Shown here in pieces: positions 1-8,964 of a stretch of DNA of 20,000 nucleotides. Position 1 is the stretch's first letter. The number at the start of each line of letters is the position of its first letter. The position numbers and the translations under genes are program-made. This DNA comes from Candidatus Aminicenantales bacterium (lineage in GTDB: Bacteria; Acidobacteriota; Aminicenantia; Aminicenantales; Saccharicenantaceae): the NCBI GenBank assembly GCA_049512315.1, contig JBEKXF010000010.1:112929-132928 (forward strand), in the 5' to 3' direction. The notes under the pieces were generated by a model. The model did not search any database and was not told the DNA's origin. It saw only the letters and a program-made list of their open reading frames with translations.

Positions 1-582
1 GGCCCCCGCGACGAAATCGTTGAGGACCAGGTCCAATCTCAACCTGTCGCTCCAGCCGCAGGCGGTCGAAAACCTCAACGACGTCACCTTGAACGATTTG
101 GAGGCTAGCGGTTCCAGGTCCCTTTCCGTATAAACCTTGGATTTCGCGTAGGCCGTCAGGGGGTTCAACCGCGACCGCTCTGTCCTCGCGCTGTCGTCGG
201 CCGTGCCGTACATGCTGCAGCTCGAAGCGAAGATGAACGACCTGACACCCGCATCTCTTGCCCTCCGGGCGAGGCCGATGCTGGCCCGATAGTTGATGTC
301 AAGCGTCACTTCCTCGAACCTGTCCCCGATGGGGTCGTTGGAAATGGCGGCTAGATGGACGACGGCATCCACCCCTTGAAGGACCTCTTCGGGGAGCCTC
401 CGGACGTCCGCGAAATATTGAATATTCAGCTTGCGCTCGGCGAGCGCCCCCATGCCCGTCGTACAATTGCCGTAATAACCGATGTCCAGTCCGGCCAGAA
501 TGGAGTCCGGATGCGACGCGCGGAGCTGATTGACAACGGCCGGCCCGACATAACCCAGATTTCCGGTGATGAGGATCTTCAT
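1..582 (-). CDS. NAD-dependent epimerase/dehydratase (extended SDR); 3' end runs off the window
   Basis: Not in the ORF track; translated by hand from ATG at 582 with GAGGAGAGGGA upstream: MKILITGNLGYVGP...HLAAISNDP...FIFASSCSMYG...LNPLTAYAKSK...LRFSTACG. Contains the GxxGxxG and YxxxK motifs. Confidence 0.92.
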   Translation of the reverse strand, partial: MKILITGNLGYVGPAVVNQLRASHPDSILAGLDIGYYGNCTTGMGALAERKLNIQYFADVRRLPEEVLQGVDAVVHLAAISNDPIGDRFEEVTLDINYRASIGLARRARDAGVRSFIFASSCSMYGTADDSARTERSRLNPLTAYAKSKVYTERDLEPLASKSFKVTSLRFSTACGWSDRLRLDLVLNDFVAGA

Positions 583-645
583 GGAGGTCCCTCTCCTCAT
601 ATAAACTATGTGATTCCCGGTTCAGCGTCAATCCCTTTTCTCTCC

Positions 646-675
646 TTGAAACTCCCGGCTTGGGGGTGGTATATT
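646..675 (+). promoter_or_regulatory. Putative sigma70 promoter for the wzy-GT2-wzx operon
   Basis: TTGAAA (646-651), 18-bp spacer ending TGG, then TATATT (670-675; extended -10), in the divergent intergenic gap. Confidence 0.5.
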
Positions 676-705
676 GACGGGCGGAAAAGAGAAGAGGAGA
701 CATAC

Positions 706-2049
706 TTGTTGCCAACACTCGCATTAGCCTTATGCATAGTCTTCGTCCTTTTCCTGCTTCGACTCGAACACAAACAGAGCCCTGATATAACCAGAGCCCT
801 CTGGGTCCCGACCGTCTGGGTGCTTTACATCGCCAGCAAGCCGCTGGGGATATGGTTCCAATCAGCGAGCGGCGCCCCTGAGGCGGGAAGCCCTTTGGAC
901 AGGACCTTCCAAATCTTTCTCATGCTGGTGGCCCTGGTCATACTCGTCCGGAGAGAATTCGACTGGTCCGGCGCTATAAAAGAGAATCCGTGGTTGGTTG
1001 CACTCATCCTCTTTATGCTCGTCAGCGTTATCTGGTCGGACCTGCCGACGATTTCTTTTAAACGGTGGGTAAGGGAGCTCCTGGCGGTCCTAATGGCCTT
1101 CGTCGTCCTCTCGGAGCCATCACCCCGGAAGGCCCTGGAAAGCATCCTCAGAAGGGCGACCTACGTCCTTATTCCCTTCTCTCCCCTTCTCATCAAGTAT
1201 TTCCATGAATACGGCGTCGAATACGGCCCTTGGTCGGGCGAGGAAATGTGGATCGGAGTTACCCTCCAAAAGAACAGCTTGGCCAGTCTGTGCATGATTT
1301 CCATCGTTTTTCTGATCTGGTCACTTATCAGGAGATGGCAGGGACACAACGCCCAGGTTTGGAAGTATCAGACTCTCATGGAGATATTCGTTCTGGGGTT
1401 AGCTTTTTGGCTCATGGGCGGGCCCAGGGGCAATATTTTCTATTCCGCCACATCGGTCTATGCTCTTAGTGCGGGCCTCCTGGTTTACGGAGGATACTTT
1501 ATAGCGAAGAGATATAACAGGAGGATATCGTCCGGCGCATTAAGATCCGCCGTGATCGTCATCATTGTTTTTGGAGTCGTTTCCGTGTATACCGGTGGGT
1601 CGAGGTTGAGATTCTTCGCCTCTTCAGCGGGGCGGGATGCGACCTTGACCGGCAGAACTGAAGTGTGGGCATCGCTGTTGCCCGTGGTGATGAGGAGCCC
1701 GCTTATCGGAGGTGGATTTGGGGGCTTTTGGACCCCAAGAACCCAGGAGCTATTCCGGATCACCGGAGCTCACAGCGGATATCTGGACGTCCTCATAGGC
1801 CTCGGCTTCGCCGGGGTAGTGCTCGTTTCCTTATTCTTTTTATCTTCGTGCCGCAAAGCCCACCAAGAACTTTCCCGAGACTTCGATTGGGGAATCCTCT
1901 GGATTTGCTATATCATCATGTCCGTGGTTCACAACATCGGCGAGTCTTCAATGGATTCTTTCACGAGTTATCTGACCGCGATCGTCCTGTTTTTTACTGT
2001 TTCTTCTTCGCCTATCTTTCGCGCTAAGAGCGACTCCGTTGGAAATTAG
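706..2049 (+). CDS. O-antigen ligase / Wzy polymerase family membrane protein
   Basis: Many hydrophobic helices, with TLTGRTEVW...PLIGGGFGGFW...AHSGYLDVLIGLG Wzy_C-type motifs. Start moved from 355 to TTG 706 (GAGGAG at 694-699) because the upstream part overlaps the - strand epimerase. Confidence 0.88.
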   Translation: MLPTLALALCIVFVLFLLRLEHKQSPDITRALWVPTVWVLYIASKPLGIWFQSASGAPEAGSPLDRTFQIFLMLVALVILVRREFDWSGAIKENPWLVALILFMLVSVIWSDLPTISFKRWVRELLAVLMAFVVLSEPSPRKALESILRRATYVLIPFSPLLIKYFHEYGVEYGPWSGEEMWIGVTLQKNSLASLCMISIVFLIWSLIRRWQGHNAQVWKYQTLMEIFVLGLAFWLMGGPRGNIFYSATSVYALSAGLLVYGGYFIAKRYNRRISSGALRSAVIVIIVFGVVSVYTGGSRLRFFASSAGRDATLTGRTEVWASLLPVVMRSPLIGGGFGGFWTPRTQELFRITGAHSGYLDVLIGLGFAGVVLVSLFFLSSCRKAHQELSRDFDWGILWICYIIMSVVHNIGESSMDSFTSYLTAIVLFFTVSSSPIFRAKSDSVGN

Positions 2050-2060
2050 AATCTGACGCC

Positions 2061-2972
2061 ATGAAAGACCATATCTCCGTCTGTATTTGTACGTTCCATC
2101 GTAACGAAATGTTAGAGCGACTGTTGCATAGCCTGAGGCCGCAGGAAACTGCCGGCCTATTCGATTTTTCGGTTGTAGTTGTAGACAACGACGCCGCGGG
2201 GCCAGCCCGGGATACGGTTTCGCGGCTGAGTGCCGAGCTCGGTTTGGATATTGTCTACGGCATCGAGCCGGAGCAAACGATTCCCGCTGCCAGAAACCAT
2301 GCCTTGCGGCTCGCGCGCGGCAACTACATCGCCATCATCGATGATGATGAATTCCCGCCGCAAACCTGGTTAGTCACGTTGTACCGGGCCATCCAGACGT
2401 TCAGAGTGGATGGGGCCCTGGGGCCGGTGCATCCATTTTTTAGCGGACAACCCCGGGCATGGTTGTTAAAAGGGCGCTTTTGCGAGCGTCCGGTTTACAG
2501 GACCGGCACCCTCCTGGATTGGAGACAAACCCGGACCGGCAATGTCCTTTTGAAGAGAGGCGCCTTTGACAGCCATCAACTCCGTTTTGACTTGAAGTGC
2601 AGGACGAGCGGCTCGGACCGCAAATTCTTCAAGCAGGCGATGGAGTTGGGCTACAGGTTCGTCTCCGTGAAAGAAGCTCCGGTTTACGAGGTTGTACCTC
2701 CCGAGCGTTGGACCAGAGGCTTCTACGTGAAGCGATCTCTCCTTCAAGGGCTCAACGCGCATAGGAACTTCGTCGGAGAGTGGCGCGGGACTTCGCGCAT
2801 TATCGCGCCCGTGAGATCGGTCGCCGCCCTAGCGGGCTACGCTGTGGCCCTTCCTTTAGCGGCATGCATGGGAGCCCACCTCTTGACGAAGTGCTTGGCA
2901 GGGGGCGCCTACCATCTCGGCTGGTTTTCATCCATGCTCGGCATCGAACTGGTCAAGAAACGGGATTTTTAG
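2061..2972 (+). CDS. Glycosyltransferase family 2 (303 aa)
   Basis: ISVCICTFHR, VVVVDND, ARNHAL and IAIIDDDE GT-A motifs. Confidence 0.93.
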   Translation: MKDHISVCICTFHRNEMLERLLHSLRPQETAGLFDFSVVVVDNDAAGPARDTVSRLSAELGLDIVYGIEPEQTIPAARNHALRLARGNYIAIIDDDEFPPQTWLVTLYRAIQTFRVDGALGPVHPFFSGQPRAWLLKGRFCERPVYRTGTLLDWRQTRTGNVLLKRGAFDSHQLRFDLKCRTSGSDRKFFKQAMELGYRFVSVKEAPVYEVVPPERWTRGFYVKRSLLQGLNAHRNFVGEWRGTSRIIAPVRSVAALAGYAVALPLAACMGAHLLTKCLAGGAYHLGWFSSMLGIELVKKRDF

Positions 2973-4297
2973 TGAAGCTTTTCCTGCTAAGTCTCCTCGC
3001 CAAGCTAAGGAAATCCTTATTCTTCAAGAACATGATGGTCGTCATGGCCGGCACGGGCATGGCCCAAGTCATCGGTTTCCTCCTGTCTCCGGTAATCAGT
3101 CGCCTATTTTCCCCTTCGGACTTTGGTGTGTCCGGCTCCTTCGCGGCTGTAGCCGGCGTTATTATGGCTGGCGTGACGTTGGGATATGACACGGCGATCA
3201 TGCTTCCGAAAGACAAAGAGCACGCTTTCAACATTTTTTCTCTTTCGATCCTCTGCACGGTCATTATTAGCTTCATAAGCCTGTTGTGGTGCCTGATTGC
3301 TCCCGCAACCGCGAACGGCTTGATGAAAACCCAAGGCGCTTGGCCATTGGCACTGCTCGTATTATCGATTATGGTTTATGGTATCAATTCGTCATGCCAG
3401 GCCTGGTCGGTAAGAGCCAAGGCTTTCAAGGCTATATCGGCATCGCAGCTGATTCGAAGCGTATCCGCAAACGGATCGAGACTCGGCTTTGGCCTGTTAA
3501 AGGGGGGTGCCCAGGGCCTCATTATCAGCGGCATTCTGGGCGATTCGTTGGCCAGCATCAACCTTGTTCGTGTGCTACTTCCCGACGTTGCGGCCATGCG
3601 AGGTCGAGTTCGATGGGGTTTGATTAAGGGATTGGCCAAAGAATATCGCGATTTCCCCTTATATATGGCTTCTCAGAATGTCATCAATGCTCTATCGGGG
3701 GGGTTGCCGATTTTCCTCTTAGCTCACTTTTTCGGCATAGCAATAACCGGGGCTTACGCCTTCGGCATAACCGTTATTAGCACGCCGATGGGGCTCATAA
3801 CAGGTGCGCTTCGGCAAGTGCTCTTTCAGAAGGCCAGCGAATGTCAGCACCAGGGCGGAAGCCTGGCCGCGCTCTATGTCAAGGTTACGGCCGTTCTATT
3901 TGCAATGGCCCTCGTGCCTTCGGCTATCTTGATCATCTGGGCACCTCAGCTGTTCACGTGGATATTCGGATCCCAGTGGCAACTGGCGGGGGAGTTTGCG
4001 AGAAGCTTGATCATTTGGCTGGCAGTCGTATTCTGCAACGTCCCGGCGGTCCTGTTCGCAAGGATCATCAGGATCCAACGCTTTGTTTTCTTCTATGATT
4101 TGGGACTGCTGGCCGCGAGGACCTCGGCCTTGGTCTTAGGAGGCTTGTTGCTCAATGCCCACCAAACCGTTATGCTGTTCGCGCTTGCGGGCGCGGCGAT
4201 GAATGCGTTCCTGATTTTCTATGTGGGCCGCGCCGTGATGAAGAAAGAGGGATCTATTAACTTGGACAGCGTACGGGATTTACTCATAAAAGAATAG
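2972..4297 (+). CDS. wzx: Wzx-type oligosaccharide flippase
   Basis: Polytopic membrane protein with FFKNMMVVMAGTGMAQVIGFLLSPVISRLFSPSDFG and KEYRDFPLY, typical of flippases. Probable GTG start overlaps the upstream TAG (TAGTG). Confidence 0.88.
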   Translation: MKLFLLSLLAKLRKSLFFKNMMVVMAGTGMAQVIGFLLSPVISRLFSPSDFGVSGSFAAVAGVIMAGVTLGYDTAIMLPKDKEHAFNIFSLSILCTVIISFISLLWCLIAPATANGLMKTQGAWPLALLVLSIMVYGINSSCQAWSVRAKAFKAISASQLIRSVSANGSRLGFGLLKGGAQGLIISGILGDSLASINLVRVLLPDVAAMRGRVRWGLIKGLAKEYRDFPLYMASQNVINALSGGLPIFLLAHFFGIAITGAYAFGITVISTPMGLITGALRQVLFQKASECQHQGGSLAALYVKVTAVLFAMALVPSAILIIWAPQLFTWIFGSQWQLAGEFARSLIIWLAVVFCNVPAVLFARIIRIQRFVFFYDLGLLAARTSALVLGGLLLNAHQTVMLFALAGAAMNAFLIFYVGRAVMKKEGSINLDSVRDLLIKE

Positions 4298-4312
4298 CTT
4301 CGGAGGAAGAAC

Positions 4313-4381
4313 ATGAGCTACTTTTATGCCGGATACAGAACCGATATGTCCGCGACTCCTGAAGAGGGAATTCATGGGTGA
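4313..4381 (+). other. 22-codon mini-ORF (MSYFYAGYRTDMSATPEEGIHG), possible gene-deletion scar or coupling peptide
   Basis: GGAGG at 4302-4306, 6 nt before ATG 4313; the stop codon lies just inside the next gene (ATGGGTGA). Confidence 0.4.
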
Positions 4382-5285
4382 CCACATCTCGGTCTGCGTC
4401 TGCACATACCGCAGGAATTCCATGCTTGCTAGACTACTGCGGAATCTGGCTCTCCAGGATACGCGTGGTCGGTTCACCTTTTCTGTGGTCGTGGTTGACA
4501 ACGATCCTTCCGGGCCGGCGCGGGCGGAAGTTGCGCGACTAAGGTCGGAAGTGAGCATGGAGATTGTATATGGCGTTGAGCCTGAGAGAACGATCCCTGC
4601 GGCCAGAAATCATGCCATTCGCCTGGCGAAAGGCAACTTCATCGGGATCATGGACGATGATGAATTCCCTCCTCCTCATTGGTTAATCACACTCTACCAA
4701 GCCGTGCGAACTTTCGAAGTGGACGGCGCTTTAGGGCCCGTCATTCCTTTCTTTGAACAACCCCCCCCGGCATGGCTCAAAAGGAGTGGGCTGTGCGACC
4801 TTCCGCAGTGGCGTACCGGAACATTACTGCAGTGGCAGCAAACCCGTACAGGAAATGTCTTGCTCAAGAAGGACGTATTTGACCGATATGGGATTTGTTT
4901 TGACGAGACATTCAGAACCGGCGGGTCGGACCAGGCCTTCTTCAGACATGCGATGGGATTAGGTTTTCGGTTCGTTGCAGTTGAGGAGGCTCCTGTTTAC
5001 GAAATCGTGCCTCCCGAACGCTGGAGCAAGAGTTATTTCTTACGTCGAGCGCTCGTAAACGGTTTCAATGCCCAGAAATACCTGGCAACCGAGGGCCGTA
5101 AACTGAAGTCGATCACTGCTATTCTCAAGTCGGCTATTGCCGTATCGGTCTATACGGTAATTGCTCCAGTTTGTGCCTGCATAGGAACTCACGTATTGAT
5201 GAACTGCATGGAAAGGGGATTCTATCATCTGAGCAGGCTTTCGGCCGCGGTCGGAATCGAGCTGTGGAAGAAGCGGGACTTCTAA
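4374..5285 (+). CDS. Glycosyltransferase family 2 (303 aa), paralog of 2061-2972
   Basis: MGDHISVCVCTYRR, VVVVDND and IGIMDDDE. ATG 4374 follows GAGGGA and gives the same length and the same GIELxKKRDF C-terminus as the paralog. Confidence 0.93.
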   Translation: MGDHISVCVCTYRRNSMLARLLRNLALQDTRGRFTFSVVVVDNDPSGPARAEVARLRSEVSMEIVYGVEPERTIPAARNHAIRLAKGNFIGIMDDDEFPPPHWLITLYQAVRTFEVDGALGPVIPFFEQPPPAWLKRSGLCDLPQWRTGTLLQWQQTRTGNVLLKKDVFDRYGICFDETFRTGGSDQAFFRHAMGLGFRFVAVEEAPVYEIVPPERWSKSYFLRRALVNGFNAQKYLATEGRKLKSITAILKSAIAVSVYTVIAPVCACIGTHVLMNCMERGFYHLSRLSAAVGIELWKKRDF

Positions 5286-5309
5286 CAAGGCTCCTCCTTC
5301 CCTAGATGC

Positions 5310-5336
5310 CCTAAGCCTACCCGAGAGGGTCTTAGG
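5310..5336 (+). terminator. Stem-loop after GT2 (terminator or mRNA stabiliser)
   Basis: CCTAAG-(CCT bulge)-ACCC-GAGA-GGGT-CTTAGG with a GNRA tetraloop; no U-tract follows. Confidence 0.4.
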
Positions 5337-5364
5337 TGCAAACCGCGTCTGTCAGTTTTAGAAG

Positions 5365-5394
5365 TTGACACTTGCCCTCAGCCGGGACTATTAT
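5365..5394 (+). promoter_or_regulatory. sigma70 promoter
   Basis: TTGACA (5365-5370)-N18-TATTAT (5389-5394). The -35 box is one arm of the imperfect palindrome TGTCAGTTT-TAG-AAGTTGACA (5350-5370). Confidence 0.65.
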
Positions 5395-5677
5395 CATTTC
5401 GTAAGAGGTAGTGAATTCCCGCGGCTTGATGTATGTCACCACGGTGTATGGCGAAATATGATGCTCCTATCAGAACTGCCGTGTCGGGGGCTATCTGCCA
5501 ACAATGCCCAGAGGGGCCATCTTCATTCCCTTGGCCCAAAGTAGCAGTGGACATCAAGAGGCTTTGACCTCGATCGCACGTTGGTAAAGCGTATGACGTA
5601 TCTGAGGTCGAGTTACTTCGGCTCTACCGGCTGTACCGAGTTCGTAAACTCGCCTTTTGATAAAGAGGGATATAATT

Positions 5678-6721
5678 ATGGATGAAGATTGGATAGTTAG
5701 CCGAAGTGATCCCGTATTGGTTACGGGGGCTGCCGGATTCGTCGGCTCGCGCGTGGTAGATTCATTGCTGCGCCTTGGTTTTAAGGACGTACGCTGCTTT
5801 GTGCGCCCGGCGAGTGAGAATGCTCTGTTGAAGGCTGTTTTACTTAAGCACCCAGAGAATCATTGTCAGATAATCCAAGGTAACCTCCTGTCGCAACAGG
5901 ATTGCGCTAGGGCGGCCGACGGAGTTGCGGTTATCTATCACCTAGTAGCCGGGCGGGGGAAGTCGTTCCCCGGATGCTTTCAGGGTTCCGTCATCACCAC
6001 CCGCAATCTTTTAGACGCCGTGGTTCGACACAAGAGGTTACGTCGTTTCGTAAACGTGAGCTCCTTTGCGGTTTATTCTAACCTTCGTCTGAGACGAGGT
6101 GCGATCTGGGACGAATCCTGTCCGTTGGAAGAGAATCTGGAAGAGCGCTATGATGCCTATGTCTATGGTAAAATCAAGCAGGATCAAATCGTGCTTGCCT
6201 ATCATCAAAAGCATGGGATTCCATATACGATTATCCGTCCAGGCATTGTTTTTGGCCCCGGCAAGAAGGCGATTCCGGGATCTATCGGAATGGATACATT
6301 TGGAATCTTCATACGCATTGGCGGGGCCGGCCGGATTCCGTTGACATACGTAGAAAATTGCGCAGATGCGATCGTCTTAGCAGGGCTTATTCCAGGCGTG
6401 GACGGAGAGGTGTTCAATGTCATGGACGATGATCTCCCCAAGAGCAGGAGATTTCTACGTGAATACAAGAACCGAGTTCGTCCGTTTCGGTCCATCTGGA
6501 TTCCTTATTGGCTAACCTACTTCCTCTACTATCTCTGGGAGCGCTATTCAGCGTGGTCCGCTGGACAATTGCCGCCGGTGTTTAACCGTCGCACCTGCTC
6601 CTTTTCCTGGAAGGGACATCTATATTCCAATAGCAAGTTAAAGGAACGCCTCGGTTGGGAGTGCCGAGTGCCCATGGGGGAAGCATTAGCCCGGTATTTT
6701 AGGTATCAAAAAGATGGATGA
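5678..6721 (+). CDS. NAD-dependent epimerase/dehydratase family protein
   Basis: VLVTGAAGFVG, FVNVSSFAVY, YVYGK (YxxxK) and IIRPGIVFGPG; ATG 5678 follows GAGGGA. Confidence 0.92.
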   Translation: MDEDWIVSRSDPVLVTGAAGFVGSRVVDSLLRLGFKDVRCFVRPASENALLKAVLLKHPENHCQIIQGNLLSQQDCARAADGVAVIYHLVAGRGKSFPGCFQGSVITTRNLLDAVVRHKRLRRFVNVSSFAVYSNLRLRRGAIWDESCPLEENLEERYDAYVYGKIKQDQIVLAYHQKHGIPYTIIRPGIVFGPGKKAIPGSIGMDTFGIFIRIGGAGRIPLTYVENCADAIVLAGLIPGVDGEVFNVMDDDLPKSRRFLREYKNRVRPFRSIWIPYWLTYFLYYLWERYSAWSAGQLPPVFNRRTCSFSWKGHLYSNSKLKERLGWECRVPMGEALARYFRYQKDG

Positions 6722-7862
6722 ACAAATTATGACAAGGGTGGCGATCATCGGGTGTGGATTTATCGCGGATCAGCATGCGGCTCAGCTTCGTACATTACCG
6801 TCCTGTGCGCTCATCGCCGCGTGCGACACCGAGGAATTGATGGCAAAACAGCTTGCCGATCGCTTTCACATCCAGCATGTGTTTACGGATGCGGAGGAAA
6901 TGCTTCGGAAAATCCAGCCGGATGTGGTGCATATCACGACTCCCGCTCAGACGCACTTTCCATTGGGACGGATGTGTCTGGAAGCCGGATGCCACGTCTA
7001 CTTAGAAAAACCGTTTACTGAGACAACGGCTGAAGCAAAAGCCCTTCTTCATCTCGCGCAGGAGAAACAGCTTCGGATTACGGTGGGGCATAACCTCCAA
7101 TTCAGCCCAGAGGCCATCCGGATGCGGGAACTTGTCAAAGCCGGATTCCTTGGCGGACCACCGATCCATATGGAGTCCATACAGTGTTACTCACACGATG
7201 ACCCAACTTATGGCAGGGTTGTCTTGGCGGATTCCAATCATTGGGTTAGACGTCTTCCCGGCTCGCTTCTACAAAACCTCATCAGCCACGGGATTAGCAA
7301 GATCGCAGAATTCCTAGTTGGCGATAATCCCAGCCTTATTTCCCTGAGCTTCAGCAGCGCTTTTTTGAGGGAACTCGGACAGAGCGATATCATCGATGAG
7401 GTGCGTGCGACCATTCAAGACGAGCAAGGCACAACGGCATTTTTCCTCTTCACCACGCAATTTGGGGCCGGATCCAACGAATTGCGTCTTTATGGGAAAT
7501 CGGGAATCCTGGTTATGGATAATACATACCGCACCGTTTTGCGCTATGGCCCTTCGCATTATAAAAGCTACTTGCGTTACTTTTTTGCCCCATGGACCCA
7601 TGCCCGGGAGCTTGCGCGCAATTCATTCCGCAACATGAAGCTCTTTGCAAGAAACGCTTTCCACATGGATTACGGGATGAAAAAACTGATGGAGCTTTTC
7701 TATGCCGCCATCAGGGATAACAAGCCCGATCCCATTTCGGCCGAAGAGATCCTGAGGACCTCTAGGATTATGGAAAATATTTTCGAGCAGATGCCGAAAC
7801 GCAGCGAACAAAAGTCCCTTCTTGACGCTTCGAGAGACCATGACCTATCTCATCCTGAATGA
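6714..7862 (+). CDS. Gfo/Idh/MocA family oxidoreductase
   Basis: RVAIIGCGFIA, PDVVHITTP, HVYLEKP and TVGHN motifs; overlaps the upstream stop (alternative ATG at 6729). Confidence 0.92.
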   Translation: MDEQIMTRVAIIGCGFIADQHAAQLRTLPSCALIAACDTEELMAKQLADRFHIQHVFTDAEEMLRKIQPDVVHITTPAQTHFPLGRMCLEAGCHVYLEKPFTETTAEAKALLHLAQEKQLRITVGHNLQFSPEAIRMRELVKAGFLGGPPIHMESIQCYSHDDPTYGRVVLADSNHWVRRLPGSLLQNLISHGISKIAEFLVGDNPSLISLSFSSAFLRELGQSDIIDEVRATIQDEQGTTAFFLFTTQFGAGSNELRLYGKSGILVMDNTYRTVLRYGPSHYKSYLRYFFAPWTHARELARNSFRNMKLFARNAFHMDYGMKKLMELFYAAIRDNKPDPISAEEILRTSRIMENIFEQMPKRSEQKSLLDASRDHDLSHPE

Positions 7863-8964
7863 CATTCCGACCCCCTGGCGAGAGCCTGTGTTCGAGCGGG
7901 TCTATCATTCTCTGTCGGGTGCGGTTCAGGTGGTATATTTTAAGAGCAACGAAAAGCGCCGGCTTTGGAGCTTCAGCTTAGGGAACCATCCGAAAAATAT
8001 TTTGCGTGGCATCACGATTACCACCCGTGACACAGAACGGTTCTTCAATCCGGGTATTTTGCCACTTCTCTTGCGCGAGCGGCCGCGTGTCGCGCTAATC
8101 TCCGCGAGCATAAAGGATCCTACGGCGTGGCTAGCGTTGGTAATTTGTAGGGTGCTAAGGACGAAAATAGCTCTTCTGGATGACACTTGGTTCGGCCGTG
8201 ATCGGGGGATCAATGCTCTGCAGAAGCTGGCCAGGCGTATCGTCTATAATGCTTTTGGAGACGCTTTTGTGGGCACCAGCCGGCAAACCCTTGCATTGTT
8301 TAGACATTACAACCGTCGTATCCTGCCGGAACAATTATTCTTGAGCCCCCTGGTCGCGGATAATGACTTTTTCCAAGAGCGGCTCGGCGGCAACCGACTT
8401 GAGCGGGGCTTTGATGTGATGTTTTCCGGCCGAATTGTCCCGGTAAAAAACCCCGAGTTTTTCGCTAAAGTCTGTGCCGGCGTCAAGGCACGGCTTGGAA
8501 GCTGCCGCGTTTTAATTATTGGCGAAGGCGATGAGCTCCTCAAGGCGGGCATGCGGGCAATATTCGAGAAGCACGGTGTAGAATATGAGTTTGCGGGCTT
8601 TATTCCACATAATATGCTTCCAAATTACTATGCACAGTCAAAATTGCTGTTATTACCAACCTCGGGCGACTGTTGGGGTGTGGTCATTAATGAGGCGATG
8701 TTGGCGGGAACCCCAGTGGTAACGACCGATATGACAGCAGCCGCAGGAGAACTGGTTCTAAATGAGCAGAACGGCTATGTTCTACCTTTGGAGGTTGATA
8801 CGTGGACTCAAGCGGTTGTCGAGATGCTCTCGAATGACGAAAAGTGGGAAAGGTTTTCAAAAAATGCGCAGAGCAAAGTGCAGGAGTTCAATTTCGACAC
8901 AGCTGCTGCAGGAATATTAGCGGCATTCAATTATCTGGAAGCTCAAAGGGGAGGGTCGGGTTAA
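7840..8964 (+). CDS. Glycosyltransferase family 4 (GT-B)
   Basis: MFSGRIVPVKNP and DCWGVVINEAMLAGTPVV (D/E-x7-E motif); ATG at 7840. Confidence 0.9.
   Translation: MTYLILNDIPTPWREPVFERVYHSLSGAVQVVYFKSNEKRRLWSFSLGNHPKNILRGITITTRDTERFFNPGILPLLLRERPRVALISASIKDPTAWLALVICRVLRTKIALLDDTWFGRDRGINALQKLARRIVYNAFGDAFVGTSRQTLALFRHYNRRILPEQLFLSPLVADNDFFQERLGGNRLERGFDVMFSGRIVPVKNPEFFAKVCAGVKARLGSCRVLIIGEGDELLKAGMRAIFEKHGVEYEFAGFIPHNMLPNYYAQSKLLLLPTSGDCWGVVINEAMLAGTPVVTTDMTAAAGELVLNEQNGYVLPLEVDTWTQAVVEMLSNDEKWERFSKNAQSKVQEFNFDTAAAGILAAFNYLEAQRGGSG

Noticed and set aside
355..705. 117-aa N-terminal extension of the Wzy-like ORF
   Set aside because: It overlaps the genuine - strand epimerase and the promoter gap; a good RBS precedes TTG 706.
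299..724. 141-aa - strand ORF in the track
   Set aside because: Wrong frame of the epimerase gene, with no recognisable motifs.
5404..5497. Lysine-riboswitch-like ends (AGAGGT...ACTGCC...GGGCTATCT)
   Set aside because: Only about 90 nt, lacking the P2-P4 kissing-loop arms, and the downstream genes are unrelated to lysine.
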